The notes beneath the pieces were generated by a model. The model did no database searches, was not told the origin of the DNA, and saw nothing but the letters and a program-made list of their open reading frames with translations. DNA of 64,000 nt. Source: a virus (taxonomy: Duplodnaviria > Caudoviricetes). The stretch's first letter is position 1. Each line of letters starts with the position of its first letter. Where the stretch lies: the IMG/VR virus record IMGVR_UViG_3300047564_001818. One strand, 5' to 3'. A program made the position numbers and the translations under genes. Below, one piece after another: positions 50,401 to 56,932 of this stretch.

Positions 50401-50845
50401 GGGCACAGGCACACCGGCAACACATCCTGCAGGTGAAAAGGTGTTTGACCAAAACGTAGGAAAAACTGTGCCTTACAAAGATCAAACACTGGTACAAAAC
50501 TTTGTAGCCGACGGTGTAACAGACACATTTGCTGTTAGTTTTGGAGTAAACAACGCTAACGAAATAGAAGTATTTGTAAGTGGAGTTAGATTAAGAAAAG
50601 CAGCAATCACAGTGTTTGATCCTAATCTTGCTCTAGACAGCCCTGCAGGTGATGTAGAACAACCTGCAGAGTTTACAGTTGAAAACGGAAACGTTGTACT
50701 AGATACAGTGCCTGCCGATGAAGCTAAAATCACTGTTGTCAAAAAGATAGGTCAAACTTGGACTAGATTGGGCGAATCGCTGTCAACTGCGGAAAATAGC
50801 ATAGCAAGATTCTTGCGTGCAGGCACAACTGAGCTACCAGAATAA
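35444..50845 (+). CDS. Giant multidomain baseplate protein in the gp7 position (5133 aa)
   Basis: Single uninterrupted ORF with TAATG coupling to gp6; FG-GAP-like blades, CBM5/12-like repeats, NPGxGY repeats. Confidence 0.85.
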   Translation: MAYNDNQNENPLPVPGNEKRSASDLIPKFFRTEANRKFLQGTIDQLIQPGVAEKLSGFVGRKTAKAFRSTDNYVGDVSSNRENYQFEPAAVIKDSLDNVTFYKDYNDYLGALNFFGANTSNHDRLNSQEYYAWDPHVDWDKFVNFREYYWLPNGPLSVPVRGQQRTIVSTYTVTTVVEDDNTAYIFNDGFVRNPTLKLYRGQTYRFEIDTPGHPIAFAISRTFTPGAAILTAGREGLRASGLFDGILYGNEYDQGDFIILPSSGSVTFEEDENVSTLYPDGIRKLGEDGEEVATVYIEKGTIEFTIPANAPDRLYYISKNNIDTSGLFRIYDVEENTFLDVVADILGKKTYRTADGIELSNGMKLEFTGDVAPAEYSNNSWYVEGVGDKIRLVKDIDLTIPAAYSQNKLVPFDADAFDILPFANASSFPAEKDYIVINRAAQDKNAWSRYNRWFHRTVVETSFLRNNLPVNIDEESRAKRPIIEFEAGLKLYNFGTEAKRDVDLVDVFTKDVFSTIEGQIGYNVDGIDFADGMRILFTADTDILVRGKIYQVNFIQIGNRRQISLVETADSEPLENETVFITQGNKYAGQTFYYNGTDWRLAQEKTQRNQPPMFDLCCPQGNEFADTNVFDSATFRGTKLFSYRQGTGTVDPELGFPLTYRNIENSGDILFDFNLLTDSFTVQTDSGIVTVTTDTANLRKYNNRIDFAWVNGWSSVASTSKQYVVRQYVADELVLNNFEIDVYDKAGNLNDLKVIVQVNNSLKVKLQDYEVDRTDARAFVRFYNNLNEGDVVVIKTRSATEKNANGYYEFPHNLERNPQNQDVTEFTLGEVIDHVDSMIEEINSFSGVFPGTSNLRDLGNVDAYGKKFVKHTGPINLPLYHLTTKDYNIFKALRYSRDEYAKFKRVFLETAETLGFDGETRIHVDKILADINKDKIKSQPFYFSDMIGYGPLNRIEYEVLDSRSIFYALSRTFSLSTVSSASVLIYLNGRQLIHSRDYTFNTDGYALISAGQQEGDIIEIVEYSTTDGSFIAPTPSKLGLFPKYEPELTIDDTYQTEEPSTTGPYKIYGEVDVGPILAGTRGWFYPVYTTRSAARAADQALGGTGVVESYQFKGLNRTLYMAVNAQNTRGGQDNIEIDAYPVGIPFVRGHDGSYIRAYLDYRDNLLIELENRIFNNIKVEWSEDITDIYSFLGGDFRTSEFSKTEIDRSLLTDFTQWLKLVDNDYTDNFFYDRLNEFTFNYSNANNPQGKLIPGFWRGVYKRAFDTDRPHSHPWEMIGFAIKPEWWNTVYGPAPYTSDNLIMWRDLEQGIVREPNKETVVRAKFTRPGLVNFIPVDDQGRLKSPLASSYVKNFVPRLSTGNFNFGDEAPVETAWRRSSQYPFAVITSLLLNKPAQTMGSGFDVSRISKNLAGQKVYAASSKPISNLDIVFPNTISDNQRILTAGFVNYIYNLVASDILAVYSDYQTQLTSLTNQLGFKLGGFTDTQKLNLILESRSPAATFEGGVFVPQENYKIVFNTSSPVDLAVYSGVAVEKVANGFVVRGYNNDAPFFEYYAPRTGTSGVSVTVGGISETASEWRSNTRYQEGQIIQNTNAFYRATATFTSGNTFDTDNLARLPVLPIVGGKTAEFKRTFENTQVRSIPYGTLLANSQAVVDFLLGYGARLEDIGFDFNFVENEGRVNNWDSAAREFLFWTTQGWASGTVITISPAANRFFFQRDYAVVDDIYDKFYNYSILQADGQSLPREFGSLLRDQNSFGLETVNTDEGLYSIALPLVQKEHVVLLDNRTIFNDIVYQPSTGYRRDRIKVAGYRSDNWNGGLNIPGFVYDEAITTEWTQWRDYAIGSLVKYKQFYYVATENVSGSKDFNSNFWFRLNEKPAPELITNFDYRINQFTDFYDLDTDGFDAELQRMAQHLTGYQKRQYLANIINDDVSQYKFYQGMIQDKGTKNALTKLFGKLSSAGEESLEFFEEWALQVGRFGAVDSVQQIEFNLKQDKMQESPQAIELVNSLPALNFDKIYRILPFEMYDKPADYNHKPFPIKPLDKEYIRSAGYVNEEDVSFIVGTTEELNTGDVNLLGLGEYVWVTEVGATPWDVYQHVATNARVIELEDNQETNSQGIPLMSLLLDKWAKDHVQPGDLVGVRSAQDNNLNSIYKVDSIDLEVVKIQVPADNEITPFGTANYILTKLRSVRANDLTGLAALAQEKLYNNQRVWVDDYNGDWAVLENTPVYVNRQTLSNLSDFDSTVQDFGASIAATPDNNNIFVAAPGDANGKIFFYRRTKETFNFNVDQEIVLDEPNLYTVTNSGFASSVDVSEDGEYLVVGLPDASGVKTRFKGNFDADVTYNKNEIVKYRDSLWKANRTILPQIATQSFSTFDTYVNIANSADVDSTSLTLLVAGDPGLEDNTVDHLLVRAPKDMYLGTKAGDTINLFWNRRSYAYPTLDVFLPFDGVIPQITPEFLQQDHEIIEKIDHVFFVETFVTLPSVGDIVTTDTGQAEVFYVSTKRDSAVLYLKNTNGTFDISGELFIQAVDFVGFYTEEDTYNTSDTIDGFWYIETPSYSNNGRYYDVGRGLVYADVRLQGSTRSLNAYYNVQDTIGVIGNYVLNRDRVSFVTQLAYRGDPAGADGVNGTEQNIPSDLWVVRAGKIFTDTLTAGDSFEFRMYDLDNRDLTNTLDLAGITGNYTVTNKTQTVYDLWDGYIDFEFTRFDFSGFPFEPQIGDIIEDVQTPRDGTGGLALTSITTSSAEVVYLQRNFNSVRVYVKVLSGTWAQQNNIGRYEIRRNANNSIRGPGDVDRVMGTVNSPNNDIVVGTAQVGKLIVFQNTVNFTDTRAWNAIPPVVDEEYFFFDETVESGIAREPNTPFSLNKDYTQVYHIPADEFGTAGPAGEGAVAIFRKLPDGRYRFKKLFVSEYGTANRGFGKTVKIKQVNNYYTLFVSSIGNGSRDHPGSVEIFRHGTKPSDSFRGEYKLTAYSQGDIVIYKDEYYVARKNVSETENRIQDPIYWNNISWRRGKDVNYRGDWDNSYGYATGSIVRYNSKFYQAQTNIAADEPFNTALWQELSELIDYVGYLPNLTGVNAYNEDVFDPVTNIAQFSNAFDVSRDAQVIVITAELVNASSTSETKVLVYRETGDKYLLDQIIDAPELQNTTDWARKISIRPSGTQFAISAPLDDVIKTNQGQVYVYNQVDGEFVLSQTLTPPNNEESEQFGYDISFGEDNLVVSSLNGDQRIPATFDSGATVFDNNFTNFRNIKLDTGVVYIFEELNNRLVYSEQFRYDSAQSEFGETLLANDNHVYVGVPSHASNETSKGIVVDYRKPKGVYAWNTLRSSVTPVDISRIEGIFLYNKRTNQIVSYIDYVDPIQGKIPGVVEQELTYKIGFDPAVYNVGDLTDTTVDPSRYWGAEHVGQTWWNINTARFAFPYQGSTAFQKNEWNRLMPAATIDIYEWVESDLLPSQWDQLADTDAGVDRAISGTSVYSDAKYSARLTYDDVGQTFSVKYYFWVQNKKTVPVSRDRLISTFEMANLVARPREQGYRFVSFLSENKFVVNNFENLVTSDDLVLNIRYSTGPQKEQNTHAQYLLMSDGLDRSRPDPDVERKWFDSLIGVDTNNRPVPDPNIPAAKRYGIQNRPRQGMFVNRIEALKQAIERVNLVISQNLIVDQYDIDRLFEKEPQPSTATKLYDLSVDTYADLRFVSTNKVTPARLRPVVLNGRLIRVDITESGRGYKVAPSIEIVGSGVNAEVELTINNLGQVIAAEVVNDGSGYDENTLVNVRRFTVLVNSDETLNGKWALYSWNNNTNSWFRSSLQDYDVSLYWNYVDWYAESYNQFTNIDYEVDGAYLLSSLDDLVGDIVKIKNVGSGGWLLLEKVASERTEDYTINYKTIGRQNGTIQFKDSLYDYSKNTVGFDNRSFDSWFYDNNPAKELRIILETLRDNILITDLAVEYNQLFFASLRYILAEQPRVDWMFKTSFVNVKHNLGALEQKINFENNKLPSYQAYVEEVKPYSTKIREFVSSYNSLDNTNSSVTDFDNAPYYDELTKRIEASRAVIRDGVLFGANSLANEYPRKHWADNIGYGVKEIRIANPGSGYTGEPKIRLESSEGTGATARAYLGYGRITKIEVTNPGQGYITTPRVVIEGPQNDTGVPALASAILGNGLVRTPSIRIKFDRTAGIYTFEDLAETETFTGSNVRSVFDLEWPMDLDNRKVKVYVNGTEQLRSQYSYKNVDYLPTAESLAKDFVYNNITSAAGPGTQKLVEGYSYQKGRITFARPPASGATITVEYYKPLSMLGAEDRIRFAYAPVAGMLGNDLAQLMSGVDYGGVEVRGFDFGGPSGWDSQGWYTDTWDTFDNTFEDEVFVADGSTITVELSQPLTNGVVYNLYKNGVRLDDPSYNNGTPTNPNAVTNSITGNGVTTVIDLDDLGIPLLDGDILIVRKVTSDGSVIPDPLSYDMALSGGDLAYQTARGVNPEEIVIDGDGFVTPTTSSGPEELVPGQVLDTLDIKVYTRESSGQGMIYSQSYIMNSAVTVYDLGVIPGNQNSVIVKLNNVILPADQYTIDWTNRTVEILNPINGAELNIVTVGLGTQNIMDYGFFTSVEGQTDYVTTVEWTDNANVYVTVNGVQQAVLVFRNSVNNRTAFRFDTPTAASDIIYWVVFDNSTEVNYSQIVKDSFTANGTDTQFELLTAPFYAQPNEHNILVKVGNSILNAGYNLQFTIPSTGDREYALETFQQPVGSLDVSEVKVFLNGIEITAPVQWRLDINNSSVILSDEVGVPGDLLEFYVIADGDYRISNKTVTLNTAPANGTVVEIYQFSNHDLLGIERINYDVVARTTLIPEDIQYVTYNRLTVGEITLRSPAVDAEYVWVAVNGELLTPSVDYYVTNDRTKLRLVRTPAANDVIDVIHFTTPVNVARFAYRQFKDMLNRTHFKRLDTAATALAQPLNYYDLRIELVDGTALAEPNKGQNMPGIVWINSERIEYFVKEGNTLRQLRRGTLGTGTPATHPAGEKVFDQNVGKTVPYKDQTLVQNFVADGVTDTFAVSFGVNNANEIEVFVSGVRLRKAAITVFDPNLALDSPAGDVEQPAEFTVENGNVVLDTVPADEAKITVVKKIGQTWTRLGESLSTAENSIARFLRAGTTELPE

Positions 50846-50848
50846 ATA
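50841..50848 (+). promoter_or_regulatory. Late promoter (AATAAATA) overlapping the giant gene stop
   Basis: Overlaps TAA 50843-50845; AGGA SD follows. Confidence 0.65.
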
Positions 50849-50864
50849 CAGTATAGGAAAAACA

Positions 50865-51467
50865 ATGAGCGGAAACATGCAAGATAACAATGGTGTAAGA
50901 GTACAAGGGCATATTAAAATATTTGATCCTGAAACAAATCACGTCTATATTGACAAAAGAAATGCTATTCATTATGAAAATATGAGTATTGCCCTTGCGG
51001 AAAGTTTAAGTAATGCTGGTCAAGGATTCATATATGAAATGAGCTTTGGAAACGGTGGAACTTCAGTTGATCAAACAGGTGTTATAACCTATCTAACACC
51101 AAACTCAACTGGTACCAATGCCAGCTTGTACAATCAAACCTATACTAAGATTGTAGATGACCGCTCAGTAAACAACACAGATCCTGCTCGCAACAAAATA
51201 GAAACTCGGCATGTTAGTGGCACTAACTATACTGATATCCTTGTTAGCTGTTTGTTAGACTACGGTGAGCCTAACGGTCAACAAGCGTTTGACACTGCTA
51301 CTAATACAGATGACGCATATGTGTTTGATGAGCTAGGACTACGCAGCTATAATCCAGACGGCACAGGTAGATTGCTTACTCATGTTATTTTCCATCCTGT
51401 ACAAAAATCACTTAACCGTTTAATTCAGATTGATTATACAGTAAGAGTACAGAGTTTAGCAGGGTAA
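50865..51467 (+). CDS. Baseplate wedge/collar-fibre-like protein in the gp8 position (200 aa; start revised from 50817)
   Basis: ATG 50865 follows the promoter and AGGA SD; FGNGG, VFDELGL, LLTHVIFHPVQKS motifs. Confidence 0.65.
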   Translation: MSGNMQDNNGVRVQGHIKIFDPETNHVYIDKRNAIHYENMSIALAESLSNAGQGFIYEMSFGNGGTSVDQTGVITYLTPNSTGTNASLYNQTYTKIVDDRSVNNTDPARNKIETRHVSGTNYTDILVSCLLDYGEPNGQQAFDTATNTDDAYVFDELGLRSYNPDGTGRLLTHVIFHPVQKSLNRLIQIDYTVRVQSLAG

Positions 51468-51477
51468 GGAGTAGACT

Positions 51478-53532
51478 ATGCCATATGAGATTAGATACAC
51501 TGACGCTGTTAACAAAGGCATTATAACCGTTGAAGATGGAACAGTCAACGATGAAACAAGTTTAACTTTTGTAGGACGTAACTACACAGGGTATGGGCAA
51601 GTTGTAGCTGAAAACTTTTTACATCTTTTAGAAAACTTTGCTAATTCAACTGCGCCTCTACGTCCAGTTGAAGGACAACTTTGGTATGATACCAGTGTAG
51701 GTGTTGATCAACTAAAAATATATGATGGTACTAATTGGGTAGCAGCAGGCGGCCTCAAAAAAGCTACAGCAGAACCGGCAGTAGCTAACTCTACAGCAGG
51801 CGATCTATGGGTAAACACAGAAAGTCAGCAGCTTTATTTGTTTACTGGAACAAGCTGGGTATTGGTAGGCCCTGAGTTTAGTGATGGCCTGCTTACTGGC
51901 ACACAATCAGAAGCTATCGTAGGCACAGATGATGTTACCTACACAGTACTGAGCATTAAAATTCAAAATCAAACAGCTATTATAGTCAGCGCACAGCCGT
52001 TTGTTCCCAAAACAGCAATACCTGGTTTTAGAAATGGTATTAATCCTGGTATGAACATCAGTGCCGAAGCACTGGTCGGATTAAACGTTTTAAAATATTG
52101 GGGAACTGCAGAAAAGGCAGAAAATTTAGTAGTAGCAGGCGAAACTGTATCTGCTAGTAACTTCTTAAGAGGCAATGCTAGTTCGTCAACTAACTTTGAT
52201 CTAAGAATTAAAAATAATGAAGGTCTAAAAATAGGTACCGGCGGCCAACTGTCAATAGGCATAGACGGTGAAGCAGGTGTTATACAGCACAATACTAGTG
52301 GATCTAACATTGACTTTAGATTAAGAAGTGGTACAAGTACTCCTACTATATTAAGAATTGACGCTGCTGGTCTAGTTGGTGTTAACAATGCTGCTCCTGA
52401 AGAAGCACTTGATGTTAAAGGAAACGTTAAGATATCATCAAAAACAGGAGAACCGCAAACCGGCGTTTTAAGAGTTGAAAGCACTGTAAACAGCAGCAAT
52501 ATCAGTACAGGATCTATTGTTACTAACGGTGGTTTAGCTGTAGCTCTTAATGCTTACATAGGCGGAAATCTTGATGTAGGCGGAGCTATTATATCAGAAA
52601 ACATTGCTCCTGATCAAAATGTTACTAGAAACATTGGTACAACAAATCTACGCTACGATCAAGTGTATGCTCAAACATTTTTTGGAAATCTACAAGGAAA
52701 TGTAAGTGGCACAGTTAGTGGCCGTGCAGGCTCGGCCGACAGATTAGCTAGTGCTACTACTTTTGGAGTTAGTGGCGATGTTGAAAATACCAGTTTTGCT
52801 TTTGATGGACAAATTGGCGGAACTACAAAAACATTTGATATAAGAATTTCTAACAGTTTTATTTCAAATAAAGAAACAATATTTGATGCTAATAATGCAG
52901 ATGAAATATTAATTAATAGAGTAGTTGGCGAAAGCGGTGTTTACAAAATTACTAAACGCAATTTCTTAAAAACAATTCCTCTTATACCTGCAGGCGTTTT
53001 TGTACCTTTTGGAGGAGAAACACCACCGTCAGGTTGGCTGCTCTGTGATGGTTCAGAAGTGTTGAAATCTGATTACACTTTGTTATGGGAAGCTATTAGA
53101 CATAATTTTAAAGATCCTTTATTACTTAGTGACAGTGGTGTTAATACTTTTGCGTTACCCGATATGAGAGGACGTTTCCCCTTAGGACTCGATAATCTTG
53201 GTGGTCCTAGTGCAAACAGAGTTACCAATATTGCTGCTGATGTTATTGGTGGAAATGCAGGAACAGAAACTAGTAGTATAGGCCTAAATAATTTACCAGA
53301 ACACGAACACGATCTACGAGGTGATAGTGGAACACAGTACTATGGAATTAGAGCAGGATCGGGCGAACCTGTAGACGATAACGCTGTTACTCTAACTATT
53401 GAACCTGGATTGGGCGGCACACAAGGCATAGCATCAAGCGGCGGAATACAAACTACAGGATCACTAGGCGATCCATTAAACGTAATGAATCCGTACTTGG
53501 CTATTAATTATATTATCTATACTGGAACATAA
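51478..53532 (+). CDS. Fibre protein with tail-collar domain, gp10/gp12-like (684 aa)
   Basis: IPAGVFVPFGG..PSGWLLCDG...FALPDMRGRFPLG collar motif; C-terminal NVMNPYLAINYII. Confidence 0.8.
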   Translation: MPYEIRYTDAVNKGIITVEDGTVNDETSLTFVGRNYTGYGQVVAENFLHLLENFANSTAPLRPVEGQLWYDTSVGVDQLKIYDGTNWVAAGGLKKATAEPAVANSTAGDLWVNTESQQLYLFTGTSWVLVGPEFSDGLLTGTQSEAIVGTDDVTYTVLSIKIQNQTAIIVSAQPFVPKTAIPGFRNGINPGMNISAEALVGLNVLKYWGTAEKAENLVVAGETVSASNFLRGNASSSTNFDLRIKNNEGLKIGTGGQLSIGIDGEAGVIQHNTSGSNIDFRLRSGTSTPTILRIDAAGLVGVNNAAPEEALDVKGNVKISSKTGEPQTGVLRVESTVNSSNISTGSIVTNGGLAVALNAYIGGNLDVGGAIISENIAPDQNVTRNIGTTNLRYDQVYAQTFFGNLQGNVSGTVSGRAGSADRLASATTFGVSGDVENTSFAFDGQIGGTTKTFDIRISNSFISNKETIFDANNADEILINRVVGESGVYKITKRNFLKTIPLIPAGVFVPFGGETPPSGWLLCDGSEVLKSDYTLLWEAIRHNFKDPLLLSDSGVNTFALPDMRGRFPLGLDNLGGPSANRVTNIAADVIGGNAGTETSSIGLNNLPEHEHDLRGDSGTQYYGIRAGSGEPVDDNAVTLTIEPGLGGTQGIASSGGIQTTGSLGDPLNVMNPYLAINYIIYTGT

Positions 53533-53534
53533 CA

Positions 53535-55406
53535 ATGAGTTATCAACTAAACAAGACTGACGGAACACTGTTAACTGATTTGATCGATGGACAGATCGAT
53601 ACCAACAGCACTAATCTTGTGTTAGTTGGTAGAAACTATTCTGGCTATGGCGAGTTTTTTAATGAAAATTTTATAAAATTACTAGAGAATTTTGCCAACA
53701 CCGCAGCACCGAGCAATCCTTTATCTGGACAGTTATGGTGGGATACTAGTGAACAACGACTAAAAGTGTTTGACGGTAATGTATGGAAAGCCAGCGGCGG
53801 CCCATTTGTACAAAATACTCGTCCTCAAATGGTTGCTGGTGATCTTTGGATTGACAATTTAAGAAATCAATTGTATGCGTTTGACGGAACAGACTTAATA
53901 CTGGTAGGTCCGCAGTATACTCAGCAACAAGGGATAAGCGGGTTTCAAATAGGTAGTTTACTAGACGAACAAAGTCGTTCAAGAACAGTGACTTATCTGT
54001 ATGTAGGAAATCAACTGGTAGGACTGTTTAGTAATCTAGAATTTACTCCTATTTTTAGTCAACGAATTAGTGGACTTGTTACACTAACTAATCCTAATGG
54101 AACTATATTTCCTGGATTTAATGTTATTGATAAAGAAAACTTTAAGTATAGAGGAACAGCAGAATCAGCCAATGCGCTTATTACAGCAGGTGGCCAGACT
54201 AGAACTGCGGATTCGTTTTTACCATCAAACGCAAATGGTATTACATCAGGTACATTAGCAATACAAAACTCGGGCGGCCTATCAATTGGGTTATCTCAAA
54301 ATCATGTTCAAAAAGTTGTAGGTCCTAGATTTTACTTTGAAAATCAGCTAACTGATCACGATATTAGTCTTAGAGTTCGCAGTAGTGCATTTGGTTCACT
54401 TACTGTTGACGGAATTTATATAGACGCAAGTACAGCTAGAGTTGGCATATTTAATGTAGATCGTTTACCAGAATATACACTTGATGTTGAAGGTGATCTT
54501 AGAGTAACTGGAAATTTAATAGTAGAAGGCACACGAGTTGCATTAGATGTAGCAACATTACGAGTTGAAGATAAAATTATTGAAATTGGCGTACCAAACG
54601 ATAGTACAGAATTAACCGACGCACTCGTTGATTCGTCAGGAATTAGTATCAATAGTACGTCAGGTAGTAAAGATATACTCTGGAAAAATGCTACTAATGC
54701 ATTTACTTCTAATGTAAACTTTGACTTACTAAACACTAACTCAACTTATAAAATCGGCGGAGTCGATAAGCTTACAAATACTTCATTAGTAAATGTTACC
54801 AAGGCACTAGATTTAAATGAGATAGGTACACTACTATATCTAAACGTAGACAGTATAGGCATAGACGGAACCATTGTAAGTTCAAACGCAGCTATGAATT
54901 TACAAGCTACTAGTGGAATTAATATCACTGCTGGCGGCAACATTGCTATTCAAGATAGCAGAAAAATTACTGGGCTAGCAGATCCTGAAAACGATCAAGA
55001 CGCTGCTACTAAAATATATGTTGATGAAGAGATTGCTACTGAACCTATAGTTTTTAGCATGGATATTACTGGTTTAGGTAGCGGATCAGCACTTCAAAAT
55101 GCAGTTGGCACTTATCTAACAGATCTTTATACTCCTACAAGTATTACTACAGGTAAAGTAGCAAGAATACACACAACATCGTATAGTGGTGCTCTAGTTC
55201 AAGGTGTTGATGTTGAAAGTATTAAAAATGTTAGTTTAATAGCAGTTGACTCAAACGGAACACAAAATGAATCAGTAGTACAAGATATTGTGTTTGATCC
55301 TGCAGGCGCTAGTGGTATAGTTATTCTTACACCTTCTAGAACTATGATGGTTTATCAATCAACTGGATCAGCGTGGCAATATCAAAGCACTACTACATAT
55401 TCATAA
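53535..55406 (+). CDS. Fibre/baseplate protein paralog (623 aa)
   Basis: Shares the GxNYxGYG...ENFxxLLENFA...GQLWWD N-domain with its neighbours. Confidence 0.7.
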   Translation: MSYQLNKTDGTLLTDLIDGQIDTNSTNLVLVGRNYSGYGEFFNENFIKLLENFANTAAPSNPLSGQLWWDTSEQRLKVFDGNVWKASGGPFVQNTRPQMVAGDLWIDNLRNQLYAFDGTDLILVGPQYTQQQGISGFQIGSLLDEQSRSRTVTYLYVGNQLVGLFSNLEFTPIFSQRISGLVTLTNPNGTIFPGFNVIDKENFKYRGTAESANALITAGGQTRTADSFLPSNANGITSGTLAIQNSGGLSIGLSQNHVQKVVGPRFYFENQLTDHDISLRVRSSAFGSLTVDGIYIDASTARVGIFNVDRLPEYTLDVEGDLRVTGNLIVEGTRVALDVATLRVEDKIIEIGVPNDSTELTDALVDSSGISINSTSGSKDILWKNATNAFTSNVNFDLLNTNSTYKIGGVDKLTNTSLVNVTKALDLNEIGTLLYLNVDSIGIDGTIVSSNAAMNLQATSGINITAGGNIAIQDSRKITGLADPENDQDAATKIYVDEEIATEPIVFSMDITGLGSGSALQNAVGTYLTDLYTPTSITTGKVARIHTTSYSGALVQGVDVESIKNVSLIAVDSNGTQNESVVQDIVFDPAGASGIVILTPSRTMMVYQSTGSAWQYQSTTTYS

Positions 55407-55410
55407 AAAC

Positions 55411-55418
55411 GATAAATA
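55411..55418 (+). promoter_or_regulatory. Late promoter (GATAAATA)
   Basis: AGGGG SD follows before 55445. Confidence 0.65.
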
Positions 55419-55444
55419 ATATAAATGTTTAGGGGTTAAACTAA

Positions 55445-56923
55445 ATGGCATATCAAATTGATAGATACAATAATACACTACTGACTGTAGTTGAAGACGG
55501 AACAATAGATCAGACAACTGATCTAAAGTTTATAGGTAAAAACTATGCCGGATATGGCGAAATACAGAACGAAAACTTTCTTTATCTGTTAGAAAACTTT
55601 GCAGGAGCTAACCAGCCCGCTAGACCCCTAAGCGGTCAAATTTGGTTTGACACTGCTAATAGTAAATTAAAGTTTTATGATGGTACTAAATTCCGTACTA
55701 CAGGCGGCGCCGAAATAGCCACAACTGAGCCTACTGGATTAGCTATAGGTGATTTTTGGTGGGACAGTGCTAACGATCAACTGTATGTGTATAATGGAGT
55801 TAGTTATATACTAATAGGACCACAAAACGCAGGCGAAGGCGTTACACAAATGCAGAGTCGTGAAGTATTAGATTCTACAGGCGCTACTAGAGGTGTTATT
55901 GTATCGACAATAGAAGATGAAATTGTATTTGTTATAAGTCCTAATGAATTTGACTTAAATGCCAGTACTCCGATTACTGGGTTTAACAGAATTAAAAAAG
56001 GTATCACGCTCAAATGGACACAACTTGCTGATGCAGGTGTAACAAATAGCACAGGTGTTGCCGGAAGAGACTTTAGGTTTTGGGGTACGGCATCAAATGC
56101 TGAAAAACTCGGCGGTGTTGCTGCTTCTGAATTTGTACAAAAATCAGGAGTTAGTTTTGATAGTGTAGTTGAATTTGGTGATACTGGACTCACAATCGGC
56201 GACAGTCAAGATTTTCAACTTATTGTTGAAAATGGTACTGAAGGTGTTATACAAAATGTTAGCGGACAAAGCAGTATAGTAAAAATTAAAACTACTAACG
56301 GATCAGGCGTATTAACTCATGTTGCTGCATTTAGTACTGTTGGTTTCCTACCTGCTGCTGATAACGCTTTTGATATGGGATCAACCAGTATACGCTGGAA
56401 AGAAATACATGCCTTAAACTTCATCGGAGAAGCAAGCAGGGCAACTGCACTAAGAGTAGGATCAGATTTCCGTACAGCTAGCGTCAGTGCTACCAATAAC
56501 AGTGTAGCAGTAAGAGATCCTACAGGTAATTTAGCAGCTAATCTGTTTCAAGGTACAGCAACACAGGCACGCTATGCTGATCTTGCTGAAAAATATACAA
56601 CCGATCAAGAATACCCAGTTGGAACTGTAATGGCAGTAGGCGGCACTGCTGAAACTAGAGCAGCAAAAAACAGTGATTTAGCTATCGGTGTTATTTCAGA
56701 CAACCCTGCATATCTAATGAACAGCGATGCTGAAGGGCAAGCAATCGGTCTTAAAGGCCGTGTTCCGGTTAGAGTATTAGGACCAGTTAAAAAAGGGCAA
56801 GCAGTGTATGCATGGGAAGCGGGTGTTGCTTCGACATTAACAACAAACGGTTTAGTTGGAATTGCATTAGAAACAAACAATGATGAGGGCGAAAAACTAG
56901 TAGAATGTGTACTAAAAGTTTAA
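55445..56923 (+). CDS. Tail fibre with C-terminal intramolecular-chaperone-like domain (492 aa)
   Basis: Same N-domain; ARYADLAEKY...GVISDNPAYLMN...GLKGRVPVRV. Confidence 0.7.
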   Translation: MAYQIDRYNNTLLTVVEDGTIDQTTDLKFIGKNYAGYGEIQNENFLYLLENFAGANQPARPLSGQIWFDTANSKLKFYDGTKFRTTGGAEIATTEPTGLAIGDFWWDSANDQLYVYNGVSYILIGPQNAGEGVTQMQSREVLDSTGATRGVIVSTIEDEIVFVISPNEFDLNASTPITGFNRIKKGITLKWTQLADAGVTNSTGVAGRDFRFWGTASNAEKLGGVAASEFVQKSGVSFDSVVEFGDTGLTIGDSQDFQLIVENGTEGVIQNVSGQSSIVKIKTTNGSGVLTHVAAFSTVGFLPAADNAFDMGSTSIRWKEIHALNFIGEASRATALRVGSDFRTASVSATNNSVAVRDPTGNLAANLFQGTATQARYADLAEKYTTDQEYPVGTVMAVGGTAETRAAKNSDLAIGVISDNPAYLMNSDAEGQAIGLKGRVPVRVLGPVKKGQAVYAWEAGVASTLTTNGLVGIALETNNDEGEKLVECVLKV

Positions 56924-56932
56924 GGAATCATC

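Noticed and set aside
35444-50845. Intein or embedded homing endonuclease explaining the giant size
   Set aside because: No recognisable intein block motifs (C...HN-C/S/T) or LAGLIDADG/HNH motif seen by eye.
50817-50864. Track start of the 216-aa ORF at 50817
   Set aside because: Promoter at 50841 and SD at 50855 lie downstream of it; ATG 50865 fits better.
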